64,000 nt of DNA from Escherichia coli (lineage in GTDB: Bacteria; Pseudomonadota; Gammaproteobacteria; Enterobacterales; Enterobacteriaceae), in NCBI RefSeq assembly GCF_029227855.1, contig NZ_CP074356.1; one strand, 5' to 3'. Positions 1 through 13,531 of this stretch are shown here, piece by piece (position 1 is the first letter of the stretch; each line of letters opens with the position of its first letter). The notes beneath the pieces were generated by a model. That model did no database searches. It was not told the DNA's origin and saw only the letters and a program-made list of their open reading frames with translations. The translations under genes were made by a program, and so were the position numbers.

Positions 1-2135
1 GCCCGTTCCCAGTGCGGTTCGCTGTAGGTGCGTTTAATCAAATGCTGAGCAACTGGCTCCACCCATTCTGGATCGATGCGTGCCGCAATGCGCCCCCACA
101 GGCGGCTGGTTTCTACCAGTTCCGCCACCATTACCCATTTCGGCGGCTTTTTAAATAAGCCGGAACCGGGGAAAATGGAGAAACGCGCGTTACGTGCGCC
201 GGTATATTCTTGTTTATCGGCATCTTTCATGCCGATATGGGAAAGCAAACCCGTCAGCAACGCAATGTGAATTTCGCGATATTCCGCCGGTTCGCTGTTA
301 ACCGGAATGCCAAGTTCTTTCACCACCTGGCGCAACTGGGTGTAGATATCCTGCCATTCGCGCACGCGCAGATAGTTGAGATAATCGGTACAACACAGGC
401 GACGGAAGGCGTTGGAAGAAAGAGCCTTTTGCTGCTCGCCAAGATAATTCCACAGATTCACAAACGCGAGGAAGTCAGACTCTTTGTCGTGGAAGCGACA
501 ATGTTTTTCGTCCGATGCCTGCTGTTTGTCCATCGGTCGTTCGCGCGGATCCTGGATGGAGAGCGCGGACGTGATAATCATCGCCTCACGCACGCAGCCA
601 TGTTTTTGCGCTTCCAGCACCATACGCGCCAGACGAGGATCGACAGGCAACTGCGAGAGCTGGCGACCGAGCGGCGTCAGTTTATAGGCGCTGGCCTGTT
701 CATCCGTGGTGATCGCGCCCAGCTCTTCGAGCAGACGCACGCCATCCTGGATATTACGTTTATCCGGTGCTTCGACAAATGGGAACGCGGCGATATCGCC
801 CAACCCCAGCGCGGTCATCTGTAAAATAACCGAGGCCAGGTTGGTACGCAGAATCTCCGGATCGGTAAACTCCGGGCGCGAGAGGAAATCGTCTTCGGAA
901 TAGAGACGAATACAGATCCCTTCGGACACACGACCACAGCGGCCTTTACGCTGGTTGGCAGACGCCTGCGAAATGGGCTCAATCGGCAAACGCTGCACTT
1001 TGGTGCGATAGCTGTAGCGGCTGATACGCGCCGTACCTGGGTCGATAACGTATTTAATCCCCGGTACGGTCAGCGACGTTTCCGCGACGTTGGTCGCCAG
1101 CACAATGCGCCGTCCACTGTGCGACTGGAACACGCGGTTCTGTTCGCTGTTCGAAAGCCGCGCATAAAGCGGCAAGATTTCGGTATGGCGTAAGTTCAGC
1201 TTGTTCAGCGCATCGGCGGTATCGCGAATTTCCCGCTCACCGCTCATAAAGATCAGAATGTCGCCGGGACTTTCCTGGCTCAGTTCGTCTACGGCGTCAA
1301 AAATCGCCTGCAACTGATCGCGCTCGGTATCATCGGCTTCTTCAACAATCGGGCGATAGCGCACTTCCACCGGATAGGTCCGGCCGGAGACTTCGATAAT
1401 CGGCGCATTATTAAAGTGGCGCGAAAAGCGTTCCGGGTCGATAGTCGCGGAAGTGATAATGATTTTTAGGTCAGGACGTCGCGGCAGCAACTCTTTCAAA
1501 TAGCCGAGCAGAAAATCGATATTCAGGCTGCGTTCGTGCGCTTCGTCAATAATGATAGTGTCGTACTGCATCAGCAGGCGGTCTTGCTGGATCTCCGCCA
1601 GCAGGATACCGTCGGTCATCAGCTTGACCATCGTATTATCACTTACGTGATCGCTGAAACGCACTTTGTAACCGATGCAACCGCCCGGCTCAGTTTTCAG
1701 CTCTTCCGCAATACGGTTGGCCACCGTTCGTGCCGCCAGACGACGCGGCTGGGTATGACCGATCAGCCCTTTAATCCCGCGCCCCAGCTCCATACAGATT
1801 TTCGGTAGCTGAGTCGTTTTACCGGAACCGGTTTCCCCGGCGACGATCACCACCTGGTGATCACGAATCGCTTCGAGAATGTCCTGCTTTTTCTGACTAA
1901 CCGGTAAATTGTCAGGATAAGTAATTTCCGGACGTGCCGCTTCACGCAGCAGGACTTTCCCTGCCGCCTGGTCAATCTCTTTCGCCATCTCCTGGAAAAT
2001 GGCCTGTTGTGCATCAGGATTTTTAACCTTCTTCACACCGTGAAGACGGCGTAAAAAACGCTGTCTGTCGCGCAGCATCAGCGAATCCAGCCGCTGCTGC
2101 AAGGCCGTAAAGGTCAATTTTTGTTGTTCTGTCAT
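1..2135 (-). CDS. hrpA: ATP-dependent RNA helicase HrpA, N-terminal part (about 711 codons; gene continues beyond window start)
   Basis: Reverse-strand ATG at 2133-2135 translates MTEQQKLTFTAL...; no minus-strand stop-delimited ORF is reported between 1 and 2135, consistent with one open frame running off the window. Confidence 0.88.
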   Translation of the reverse strand, partial: MTEQQKLTFTALQQRLDSLMLRDRQRFLRRLHGVKKVKNPDAQQAIFQEMAKEIDQAAGKVLLREAARPEITYPDNLPVSQKKQDILEAIRDHQVVIVAGETGSGKTTQLPKICMELGRGIKGLIGHTQPRRLAARTVANRIAEELKTEPGGCIGYKVRFSDHVSDNTMVKLMTDGILLAEIQQDRLLMQYDTIIIDEAHERSLNIDFLLGYLKELLPRRPDLKIIITSATIDPERFSRHFNNAPIIEVSGRTYPVEVRYRPIVEEADDTERDQLQAIFDAVDELSQESPGDILIFMSGEREIRDTADALNKLNLRHTEILPLYARLSNSEQNRVFQSHSGRRIVLATNVAETSLTVPGIKYVIDPGTARISRYSYRTKVQRLPIEPISQASANQRKGRCGRVSEGICIRLYSEDDFLSRPEFTDPEILRTNLASVILQMTALGLGDIAAFPFVEAPDKRNIQDGVRLLEELGAITTDEQASAYKLTPLGRQLSQLPVDPRLARMVLEAQKHGCVREAMIITSALSIQDPRERPMDKQQASDEKHCRFHDKESDFLAFVNLWNYLGEQQKALSSNAFRRLCCTDYLNYLRVREWQDIYTQLRQVVKELGIPVNSEPAEYREIHIALLTGLLSHIGMKDADKQEYTGARNARFSIFPGSGLFKKPPKWVMVAELVETSRLWGRIAARIDPEWVEPVAQHLIKRTYSEPHWER

Positions 2136-2326
2136 AACGTTAGTGGGCAGTAGTCTGCCTGATTAATTTTCTTTTAAATGATAGATATAGAGTACCACAT
2201 CGCGGCTTTCTATGCGTTGTTCAATAAATTCGAACATAGGCTTCGATTTATTGCGCTATCTCTGTGGCAGGATTGTGAATAAAGTGTCAACAAGCAACGG
2301 GGCATCGCCCATTCAAACATCTATAA

Positions 2327-2941
<615 letters not shown>

Positions 2942-2954
2942 CCGGACACGATCT

Positions 2955-2984
2955 TGATGTGGACTGTAGATATTCAGTCCACAT
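2955..2984. terminator. 11-bp perfect inverted repeat between convergent azoR and ynbD (likely bidirectional terminator)
   Basis: gatgtggactg-tagatatt-cagtccacatc seen directly between the two stop codons. Confidence 0.5.
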
Positions 2985-2994
2985 CTCAATCCGC

Positions 2995-6049
<3,055 letters not shown>

Positions 6050-6064
6050 TTTCTCTATTTTCCT

Positions 6065-6961
6065 TCAGTAACAGCAGTAGCGAATAAAATAAAAAAATAC
6101 CGGAGCGGTGAAAATTAATGAGTCAATCCTGTCAAGGAGTCCGCCATGTCCTGGTAATAGTTTTCCACTATCTTTAACACCAATATCTCGTTTGATGGCT
6201 GACATCACTACATCGCCGCAAAAACCACTAATACCAATTAACAAACCCGCTAATAATGCCTGTAATGTATCTAGCGGTGTCAGCAACGGTCCAATAATCA
6301 GTGACGCAATCATGGTGGTGATTACGCCGCCCATCAGACCTTCCAATGTTTTTCCCGGGCTGACTTTAGGGACCACTTTTCTTCTGCCGCAGGATTTTCC
6401 CCATAAATACTGTGCAATATCGTTTGACTCGGTTAATGCCAAAAGAAATAACACCAGTAACGCCCCGCCCTGGATATTTGTGGTTGGCAACATTAATAAC
6501 CAGGCGGCATGACTCAAGGCGAAAACGGTCATTATCCAGCCACAAAAAATGGCGCTCACGGTATGCAGAAAACCGGAGGGGTCACCCACTAAAACTCGCC
6601 AGGTGGCTAATATCAGAAACCCAGCCAAAGGTATAAATAACAGAAACAGCTCAAAGCAATTAAAACCGATAAGCAAATAGTTAAGAGGAATACCCCAATA
6701 TAACCAACGCGGAAAATGTACAGATATAAGCGTACAATATTCTTTCAATGCCAGAAAACTTATCAGCGCAAAAAACGTCAACGTCATCCAGCGTGGACCT
6801 GAAATCACCATTGAAAAACAAATGACGATGCCCCACCAAGTACGAATACGTAATGTAACTTCATCCCCTTTTCTCTCCGGTAACCGCCATACCAGAAAAC
6901 GGTTTATCAGCGTTGCTAAAATTAACAACGCGAAAAGTGTTGCCAGAGATTTTTCCAGCAT
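6065..6961 (-). CDS. ynbB: CDP-diglyceride synthetase (CdsA)-family integral membrane protein
   Basis: 298-aa polytopic membrane ORF; start ATG overlaps ynbA stop (ATGA). Confidence 0.85.
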   Translation of the reverse strand: MLEKSLATLFALLILATLINRFLVWRLPERKGDEVTLRIRTWWGIVICFSMVISGPRWMTLTFFALISFLALKEYCTLISVHFPRWLYWGIPLNYLLIGFNCFELFLLFIPLAGFLILATWRVLVGDPSGFLHTVSAIFCGWIMTVFALSHAAWLLMLPTTNIQGGALLVLFLLALTESNDIAQYLWGKSCGRRKVVPKVSPGKTLEGLMGGVITTMIASLIIGPLLTPLDTLQALLAGLLIGISGFCGDVVMSAIKRDIGVKDSGKLLPGHGGLLDRIDSLIFTAPVFFYFIRYCCY

Positions 6962-7572
6962 TATCTTTCAGCGCTCATAAGAAGCACACTCCGACAACGA
7001 TTAATCGCAGTCCAGAGAAGCAGAATTGAAGCAATGCTCCATAAAAGATTATTCCATTGCATCCATTGTGGATAAATGGCAATGGCCAGACCCCACAGAC
7101 CAAATATTAACGCGCGATCGCTTTTGCCAAATGGACCGACATAACTACGAATACCGTTAATCGTCTGCGCGAGTAAACCGCAAAACTCGGTCAATATGGT
7201 GCAAAATAACATGATTATCACGAGTGATGCGTTACTTTCCGGTAAAAATAAAAACGGTAAATAGAGCGCAATATCGGAAATAACATCGCCAGTCTCATTC
7301 AAAATCGCCCCAAGACGTGTTTGCTGATTGCACTCACGCGCCAACATGCCATCCAGCGCATTGAGTGCCATACGAATAAAAAGCACAATGGGCAATAGCA
7401 AAAAGAGGATGGGTTGTGCCACCAACATCAACAGCAATCCGCTAAGAAGAGAAAGTGCCAGTGCAGCAAGAGTGATGTGATTCGCTGTAACATGGTGCTT
7501 ATTAAGCCAAAACATCGTCGGCCTTAACAGCGACTGAAAGAGCGGTTTTATCTGGTAGAGCGTCATTATCAA
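6961..7572 (-). CDS. ynbA: CDP-alcohol phosphatidyltransferase-family membrane protein
   Basis: 203-aa hydrophobic ORF, first gene of the ynbABCD operon. Confidence 0.85.
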   Translation of the reverse strand: MIMTLYQIKPLFQSLLRPTMFWLNKHHVTANHITLAALALSLLSGLLLMLVAQPILFLLLPIVLFIRMALNALDGMLARECNQQTRLGAILNETGDVISDIALYLPFLFLPESNASLVIIMLFCTILTEFCGLLAQTINGIRSYVGPFGKSDRALIFGLWGLAIAIYPQWMQWNNLLWSIASILLLWTAINRCRSVLLMSAER

Positions 7573-7734
7573 TCCTTGATAATTCTGTTTGCGCTATGGT
7601 GCATCAATTGCCCTGACAGAGATATCGCAACACGCCGCTTCAATAAAAATTCAGAATATATCAAGGTATTGGGGCTCACTGTCAGGAATGATTATCCACA
7701 ATTAATCAAATAGTTAAAAATATTACGCTGTTAT

Positions 7735-10047
7735 TCAATGCAACTCATCAAGTTTTCTCATCGCTTGTTCCCGTATTGCGCGCGTCTTATCGTTAAGCGC
7801 CAGCTGCCGAACTAAATCCAGTTCAGGGTTAACAAGCTCTAACGCCAGCAAAGGATCACGTTTCAGCCTCGCCTTTAATACATCAACTGGAAAACGGGGA
7901 TTATTCATCGCCACAATCCACCACTCGGGATCAATTTCTGCCGCCAGTACTGCAGGCGGTGTGTGGCGGTTGTTAAGTGCGCCGAACTTGAAAAATGTGA
8001 GATTGCTTTTCGCCAGTGTACTCCACCATATACGATCCGGTTGTTTTGCCAGTTTATCCAGTTGTGCTAACGCATCGGGGTCTAGTGCATAATAAACACG
8101 TAACGCTTCGTTAACCTGCGCACGGGAACTGTTTTCCTGCCTCAGAAAAAACTTCGCCCAAATATCATTGCGTGGCGTGTTTTGCTGTAATTCCTTGAGA
8201 ACAACAGCGGGTAAATTATCCCAACTAATTAATGCACTCTCTAAAAAGTCCCAGTCGTCCGAACGTATCAGAGAGGTGGCATTTAATAGCATCTGGTCAT
8301 CAACTTCACCGTAGCTGATAAGCTCAGACAAAATCATATCAGCGCTGGTTTCATATGCATCTGAATCTGCTTTGGGATTATTTTTCCGATGCGATAAAGC
8401 ACGTTGCCAAATTTTTTGTTTCATCGACGTGCTCAGATACTGATTTTTCGCCAAATTACTCCACCCCTCAGGATCGTTGAAACGTGTCAATAACCGTTGT
8501 AAAGCAGCGTCAGAGTGAATTACCTGCATATCCCGACAGCAAAAGTAGGCAGGGGATTTTTTCTCCATCTTTTTAACAAAATTAAACTGTAAGTTATCTG
8601 GCAATGCTAAAAATAACACACGTATTAGATCATCGTCATTCTCGAATTTTTGGTATAAATATACTGCTATTTTGTCACTCTCTTGTGGCGTCATCCGCAA
8701 CAATTGACCATGGTGTTTCATCTCTGCCAGCTTTGACGCTAAGCTTGTGACAACATCGTTTGATGAATCGTTCGCCAACTGCATTGCCTGATTGTAGGTG
8801 AGTTGTCCTCCAGCACCGACCTGACGAATAGAGAAATCATCACTGCGGATATAGCCATCAATAATGGATTCGGGCAATAACCACGCATCTTTATAAAGCT
8901 CCTGAATGATCATATCCCAATCTCTTTTCGCCAGAGTCATGACGATATCCAGAGGGAGATTTTCACGTAGCGCAAGATTCAACGGACCGACACCATCAGG
9001 TAGATGACTCATTCGCGTCATTATTTCGACAGAGAGCGGTTCACGGTCGAGCAACCCCAGAACAACAGGCTGGTAACCCAATTGCTGATCGGTCAACTCC
9101 AGAATCTCATTGTCAGGCATATATCTCGCCATACTTGCAATCGTTTGTCCATCATTGCTATTAATAAGTTGTTTGCGTAGGTTAGCTGAAATTCCTTTAA
9201 GCCTTGGGAGAGTTCGCATTATGGCAAGATCAAATGTCGCAATGTCTCGTCCTTCAAATGCAGCAACGTTGCCTTCATCCAGCATTTGTAATTCCTGCAC
9301 TAATTCAGGTGAAGGCTTAGGGCGAAACAGCGCTTCTTTTTTCATCTGATTACAGACATTCCCTGCTATGCGAATATTGCTTCGCTTAAAAATTTCTTTC
9401 AGAGCATCTTCATCATTTATTAGGCCCCAATAATATGCATCAGGATTTATTATCGTCAGCGCTTTTTTGACATTTTCAGTGTCATTTTTGTCACTCGCAC
9501 GGACCATGAATTCACTATTTGTCGAAGACGCAACAACAGGTGCGATTATATCATTGATAAATATCCCGCGCGCATTAATACTCCCCTTAATCGTAGACGG
9601 ATTATCGTAATATGAGTCGATAAATACCAGTCCACTTGCATTTATCGAACCGGTAATTAACAGTGGTGAATCCGTAACTATATTCGTTGCCGTCACGTTA
9701 CCGAGAATAACCCATGGATTAGAAAGAGAGAAAGTGGAAATATTACCTTTGACTGTCAAATTGCCAAGAACAATCAATTTTTGATTACTCTCTATATTAC
9801 CTTCTACCACTAAATCGCCACGATGCACTTTCCAGTCCGATGCAGATAAACCGAAGGGGACAAGATTCACGCTACTGTTGATAGCTTGTTCAACTTGTTG
9901 TTTATCTTCAGCGGTAGCCGCAGAAAAAAATGGTTCAATATCAACTGCATTTGCAACACATCGAAGTTCCGCCTGTACTGGAAGACTCAGCATAAACAGG
10001 GGAAGTAAACCTATCCAGCTGCAAATCCTGGGCTTAAACATATGCAC
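7735..10047 (-). CDS. ydbD: Uncharacterised protein YdbD with N-terminal signal peptide
   Basis: 770-aa ORF with signal-peptide-like N-terminus (MHMFKPRICSWIGLLPLFMLSLPVQA); position next to ydbC. Confidence 0.85.
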   Translation of the reverse strand: MHMFKPRICSWIGLLPLFMLSLPVQAELRCVANAVDIEPFFSAATAEDKQQVEQAINSSVNLVPFGLSASDWKVHRGDLVVEGNIESNQKLIVLGNLTVKGNISTFSLSNPWVILGNVTATNIVTDSPLLITGSINASGLVFIDSYYDNPSTIKGSINARGIFINDIIAPVVASSTNSEFMVRASDKNDTENVKKALTIINPDAYYWGLINDEDALKEIFKRSNIRIAGNVCNQMKKEALFRPKPSPELVQELQMLDEGNVAAFEGRDIATFDLAIMRTLPRLKGISANLRKQLINSNDGQTIASMARYMPDNEILELTDQQLGYQPVVLGLLDREPLSVEIMTRMSHLPDGVGPLNLALRENLPLDIVMTLAKRDWDMIIQELYKDAWLLPESIIDGYIRSDDFSIRQVGAGGQLTYNQAMQLANDSSNDVVTSLASKLAEMKHHGQLLRMTPQESDKIAVYLYQKFENDDDLIRVLFLALPDNLQFNFVKKMEKKSPAYFCCRDMQVIHSDAALQRLLTRFNDPEGWSNLAKNQYLSTSMKQKIWQRALSHRKNNPKADSDAYETSADMILSELISYGEVDDQMLLNATSLIRSDDWDFLESALISWDNLPAVVLKELQQNTPRNDIWAKFFLRQENSSRAQVNEALRVYYALDPDALAQLDKLAKQPDRIWWSTLAKSNLTFFKFGALNNRHTPPAVLAAEIDPEWWIVAMNNPRFPVDVLKARLKRDPLLALELVNPELDLVRQLALNDKTRAIREQAMRKLDELH

Positions 10048-10104
10048 TCCATGCCATTAAAAAAGAAACAAAAGGGAAATGCATCTTTCCCTTTTGTATA
10101 TTCG

Positions 10105-10965
10105 TTATTCTCGCGATATACCATCCAACGTAGACAACACTTCCTCAGAAAGATGCAATTTTTCAGCAGCCATATTCTCCCGTAAATGCGCAACAGAAGA
10201 CGTCCCTGGGATCAGCAAAATATTCGGTGAACGTTGTAACAGCCACGCCAGCGCCACCTGCATGGGTGTTGCACCCAGGCTCGCAGCAACATCCGACAGC
10301 GTAGAGGATTGCAGCGGTGTAAAGCCCCCGAGCGGGAAGAACGGCACGTAAGCAATGCCATCGTGGGCCAAAGCATCAATCATTGCATCATCAGCACGGT
10401 GCGCGATGTTGTATTCGTTTTGCACACAGACAATTTCGGCAATCTTGCGCGCCTCTGCAACCTGCGTCGGTGTGACGTTGCTCAGGCCAATATGTTTTAC
10501 CAGGCCTTGTTGTTGCATCTCTGCCAGCACGGTCAGGCTGGCCTCAATCGATCCTTCCGCTGGGCCATGACCATCCCCCATCATAACGCGCAGGTTAACC
10601 ACATCCAGTACGTCCAGGCCGAGATTACGTAGATTATCGTGCACCGCTTTTTGCAACTCTGCCGGAGAACAGGCGGGCAACCAGGAAGCGTCCTCTCCAC
10701 GCCGCGCACCAATTTTAGTGACAATTGTCAGGTCGTCAGAGTAAGGATAAAGCGCTTCGCGGATAATCTGATTGGTGACGTGCGGACCATAAAAGTCGCT
10801 GGTATCAATGTGATTGACGCCCAATGCCAGCGCCTCGCGCAGTACAGTTATAGCGACGTGGCGATCTCTTGGGGGGCCAAAAACCCCAGGACCTGCCAGT
10901 TGCATCGCGCCATAACCAAGACGGTTAACGGATTTTGTACCGAGAGTAAATGTATTGCTGCTCAT
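10105..10965 (-). CDS. ydbC: Aldo-keto reductase family oxidoreductase
   Basis: 286-aa ORF, AKR fold (GYGAMQLAG... HIDTSDFYG). Confidence 0.88.
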   Translation of the reverse strand: MSSNTFTLGTKSVNRLGYGAMQLAGPGVFGPPRDRHVAITVLREALALGVNHIDTSDFYGPHVTNQIIREALYPYSDDLTIVTKIGARRGEDASWLPACSPAELQKAVHDNLRNLGLDVLDVVNLRVMMGDGHGPAEGSIEASLTVLAEMQQQGLVKHIGLSNVTPTQVAEARKIAEIVCVQNEYNIAHRADDAMIDALAHDGIAYVPFFPLGGFTPLQSSTLSDVAASLGATPMQVALAWLLQRSPNILLIPGTSSVAHLRENMAAEKLHLSEEVLSTLDGISRE

Positions 10966-11131
10966 CGCACCCTGCCCTGTAATAAAACGGATTGAGAAAA
11001 ATCAGTATAGAAACGAAAAGAGATAAATAATGCGAAGGCGTAAACAAGATTACTGGATGAGTTGCTCTATTGTCCTGAAAGACACCAAAACAAAACGCGT
11101 AAAGCGCCGCATTCGGCAATAAAATAAATAT

Positions 11132-11155
11132 CCTCCGGCATAGCCGGAGGTTTTT
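11132..11155. terminator. GC-rich hairpin plus T-run between ydbC upstream region and the IS element
   Basis: cctccggc-ata-gccggagg followed by ttttt on the plus strand. Confidence 0.45.
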
Positions 11156-11159
11156 CAAA

Positions 11160-11880
11160 TGCGCCTATAAGGCTCTCTTACCAGCCGCGCCCTAACAGGC
11201 GCACACGATCTGACATTTGCATCCAACTTCGTTACTTACGGCCCGTAAACGGGCTGCCCGGATAGGGAATCGATAACTGCTCTCCCATTTTATCCTCTTC
11301 AAGCTGGTGCTTTATGTAATCCTGTATCTTCGCCGTGTTCTTACCCACCGTATCGACGTAGTACCCTCTGCACCAGAACTCCCTGTTCCTGTATTTGAAT
11401 TTCAAATCACCAAACTGCTCGTAAAGCATCAGACTGCTTTTCCCTTTCAGATATCCCATAAAGCCGGATACGCTCATTTTGGGCGGGATCTCCACAAGCA
11501 TATGGATATGATCTGCACAGCATTCAGCTTCCAGAATCCGTACACTTTTCCACTCACACAGCTTTCTCAAAATACTGCCTATTGCTCTACGCTTCTCTCT
11601 GTAGAACACCTGTCTTCGGTATTTTGGCGCAAAAACTATGTGATATTTACAGTTCCATCGGGTGTGCGCTAAGCTCTTTTCGTTCCCCATTGGGACCCCC
11701 TTTTGATTTCTTGTTTGACACTTGCAGTTGCCAGACCGCAAGGTGTTTTAACAAATCAAAAGGGGTTTTAATAACTGGCTTAAAGCTGAAAGCTTTCCGG
11801 AACCCCCAGCCTAGCTGGGGGTTTTCTGTGCACAAAAAACCGCAACCTGTATCAGCGTTGCGGTTTAGGTATCACATGCT
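11160..11880 (-). mobile_element. IS200-like insertion sequence (IS200/IS605 family); boundaries approximate
   Basis: Single Y1/HuH transposase gene flanked by short non-coding arms with stem-loops (cccccagc-ctag-gctggggg at 11805-11823; aaccgcaac...gttgcggtt at 11840-11866); about 0.7 kb, as expected for IS200; ends not mapped. Confidence 0.7.
11232..11690 (-). CDS. tnpA: IS200/IS605-family transposase TnpA (Y1 HuH)
   Basis: MGNEKSLAHTRWNCKYHIVFAPKYRR...HIHMLVEIPP (HuH motif)...; ATG at 11688-11690 preceded by aaaggggg RBS; the 169-aa track ORF has a spurious N-terminal extension. Confidence 0.9.
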   Translation of the reverse strand: MGNEKSLAHTRWNCKYHIVFAPKYRRQVFYREKRRAIGSILRKLCEWKSVRILEAECCADHIHMLVEIPPKMSVSGFMGYLKGKSSLMLYEQFGDLKFKYRNREFWCRGYYVDTVGKNTAKIQDYIKHQLEEDKMGEQLSIPYPGSPFTGRK

Positions 11881-11886
11881 AAAAAT

Positions 11887-11912
11887 TAGAACGTCCAGCA
11901 TCAGGACGTTAC
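11887..11912 (-). terminator. Hairpin plus T-run at the paaY stop codon
   Basis: minus strand reads TAA-cgtcctgatgctggacgtt-ctaattttt. Confidence 0.45.
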
Positions 11913-12499
11913 TGTTTCGGTCGCAGATTCTCATCAAATACCAAGCGTTTCCTGCCAGGTTCAACTTCCCGCAATGGCTCAACTTGATGTAACGTCTGCT
12001 TACAGCGTGTCACCAGCACCTGGTACTCATGCGTACCCTGCTTTTTCCATGCCAACTCCTGCTCACTGAGTTCACGAATCGCTTTCGCCGGGCTGCCGAC
12101 AATCAGGTAATTAGCAGGCATTTCTGCTTTGGCTTTCACAAATGCGGATGCACCCACAATACTGTTCTCACCAATCACCGCACCGTCCATCACTACCGCA
12201 TTCATTCCCACTAATGCATTGCGGCGGATAATGCAGCCGTGAAGGATAGCGCTATGACCAATATGCCCATCTTCTTCCACGACAGTATCCTGCTCGGGAA
12301 AACCGTGCATAACGCAATTATCCTGAATGTTCGCGCCATCTTTCACCACGATACGACCAAAATCGCCACGCAGGCTGGCATTTGGCCCAACGTACACGCC
12401 CTTGCCGAGAATAACATCGCCGATCAATACCGCTGTCGGATGGACAAAACTCTCTTCTGGCACAACCGGAGTCAGACCGTCTATCTGATAAATTGGCAT
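11909..12499 (-). CDS. paaY: Hexapeptide-repeat thioesterase/acetyltransferase of the phenylacetate pathway
   Basis: 196-aa left-handed beta-helix (hexapeptide) protein, last gene of the paa cluster. Confidence 0.9.
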   Translation of the reverse strand: MPIYQIDGLTPVVPEESFVHPTAVLIGDVILGKGVYVGPNASLRGDFGRIVVKDGANIQDNCVMHGFPEQDTVVEEDGHIGHSAILHGCIIRRNALVGMNAVVMDGAVIGENSIVGASAFVKAKAEMPANYLIVGSPAKAIRELSEQELAWKKQGTHEYQVLVTRCKQTLHQVEPLREVEPGRKRLVFDENLRPKQ

Positions 12500-13431
12500 A
12501 ACGCCTCCTGTTCAATATTCAAGCCGCCAAAACGTTGAAAATACAGGCTTCCCGGCGCAGGCAATTCACCGACCGAGGTTTCACCTTTTTCACTAACGAA
12601 CGCTAAAGCAGCAGGCGCTACGCGCTGATAAATGTTGATACACAGCTGACGCGCCGTATGCCCTGCCCAGTGTGCCGGAAGCAACTCCTCCGGCAACAAT
12701 GGGTCTTTAAGGACGACACGGCGATAAAAATGGATCAGTAAAAGCTGAATATGAAATGCCCGCTCCGGGGTTAACTCGTCTGCCGTCTCTTTTAACAGCG
12801 GCACCAGCGGGCGGAATGACTGAATAAAGGTTTCGTACATGGCATTTTGTTCAGTTAAATGCCAGCACTCTTCTACTCTGGCACGCAGTGCTGCGCGAGA
12901 AAGCGCCAGTGGTATTTGCGCTTCAAAACAAATCACGTTATCCGCCACACCCGCTTCATGCAAAAGTGTCTGTACATCGGCCAGTTTTTGCGACGGCGAT
13001 GCCATCAGGCTGGGTGCCAGTGCGCCAAAACCTTGCCAGATCAACTGCTTTTTGACATCAGCCAGCGTCGTTTTATCTAAACCTTCCGAGAGCAACAGGA
13101 GCCATTTACCATCCCATGCAGGTTGCTCTGCGCGATAAATTTTACTTTCTGCCCGTCGCGTCAGGCGCAAGCCTTTATCACTGAGGCTATAGAAACTGCG
13201 TCGCCCGATGCGGGAAACATCCAGCCAGCCTTCTTTATTAAGACGAAACAAAGCGGTGCGCACGAAACGCTCACCAAATCCCAGCCCTTCCAGCAAAGCA
13301 GCCAGACTACCCAGCCAGATTTCACCACCACGATGGGAAAGCGAATCACCATACAGAGAGGAGATCAAAGATGTGCCACTGACAGGAACAGCGTTTACAG
13401 CATGTTGGATAAAAGTATCAAGTTTACTCAT
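12481..13431 (-). CDS. paaX: Phenylacetyl-CoA-responsive transcriptional repressor PaaX
   Basis: 316-aa ORF, position and recognised sequence. Confidence 0.9.
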   Translation of the reverse strand: MSKLDTFIQHAVNAVPVSGTSLISSLYGDSLSHRGGEIWLGSLAALLEGLGFGERFVRTALFRLNKEGWLDVSRIGRRSFYSLSDKGLRLTRRAESKIYRAEQPAWDGKWLLLLSEGLDKTTLADVKKQLIWQGFGALAPSLMASPSQKLADVQTLLHEAGVADNVICFEAQIPLALSRAALRARVEECWHLTEQNAMYETFIQSFRPLVPLLKETADELTPERAFHIQLLLIHFYRRVVLKDPLLPEELLPAHWAGHTARQLCINIYQRVAPAALAFVSEKGETSVGELPAPGSLYFQRFGGLNIEQEALCQFIR

Positions 13432-13531
13432 TCGATTCAGTCTGTTGTTATTGTTGTGATTTATGAATCATAGCACAGGTCGTATCGACTTCTGGCCCTG
13501 GCGGTTTACCTCACCAGGGCCAGGCGACACG

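Noticed and set aside
210-824. 204-aa plus-strand ORF (and the smaller plus-strand ORFs at 76-903 and 1536-1808)
   Set aside because: Entirely antisense to the hrpA coding region, which is open on the minus strand across 1-2135; no RBS or recognisable domain
11582-11992. 136-aa plus-strand ORF spanning the IS200 arm and the paaY 3' end
   Set aside because: Crosses the mobile-element boundary and the paaY terminator hairpin, and is antisense to both tnpA and paaY
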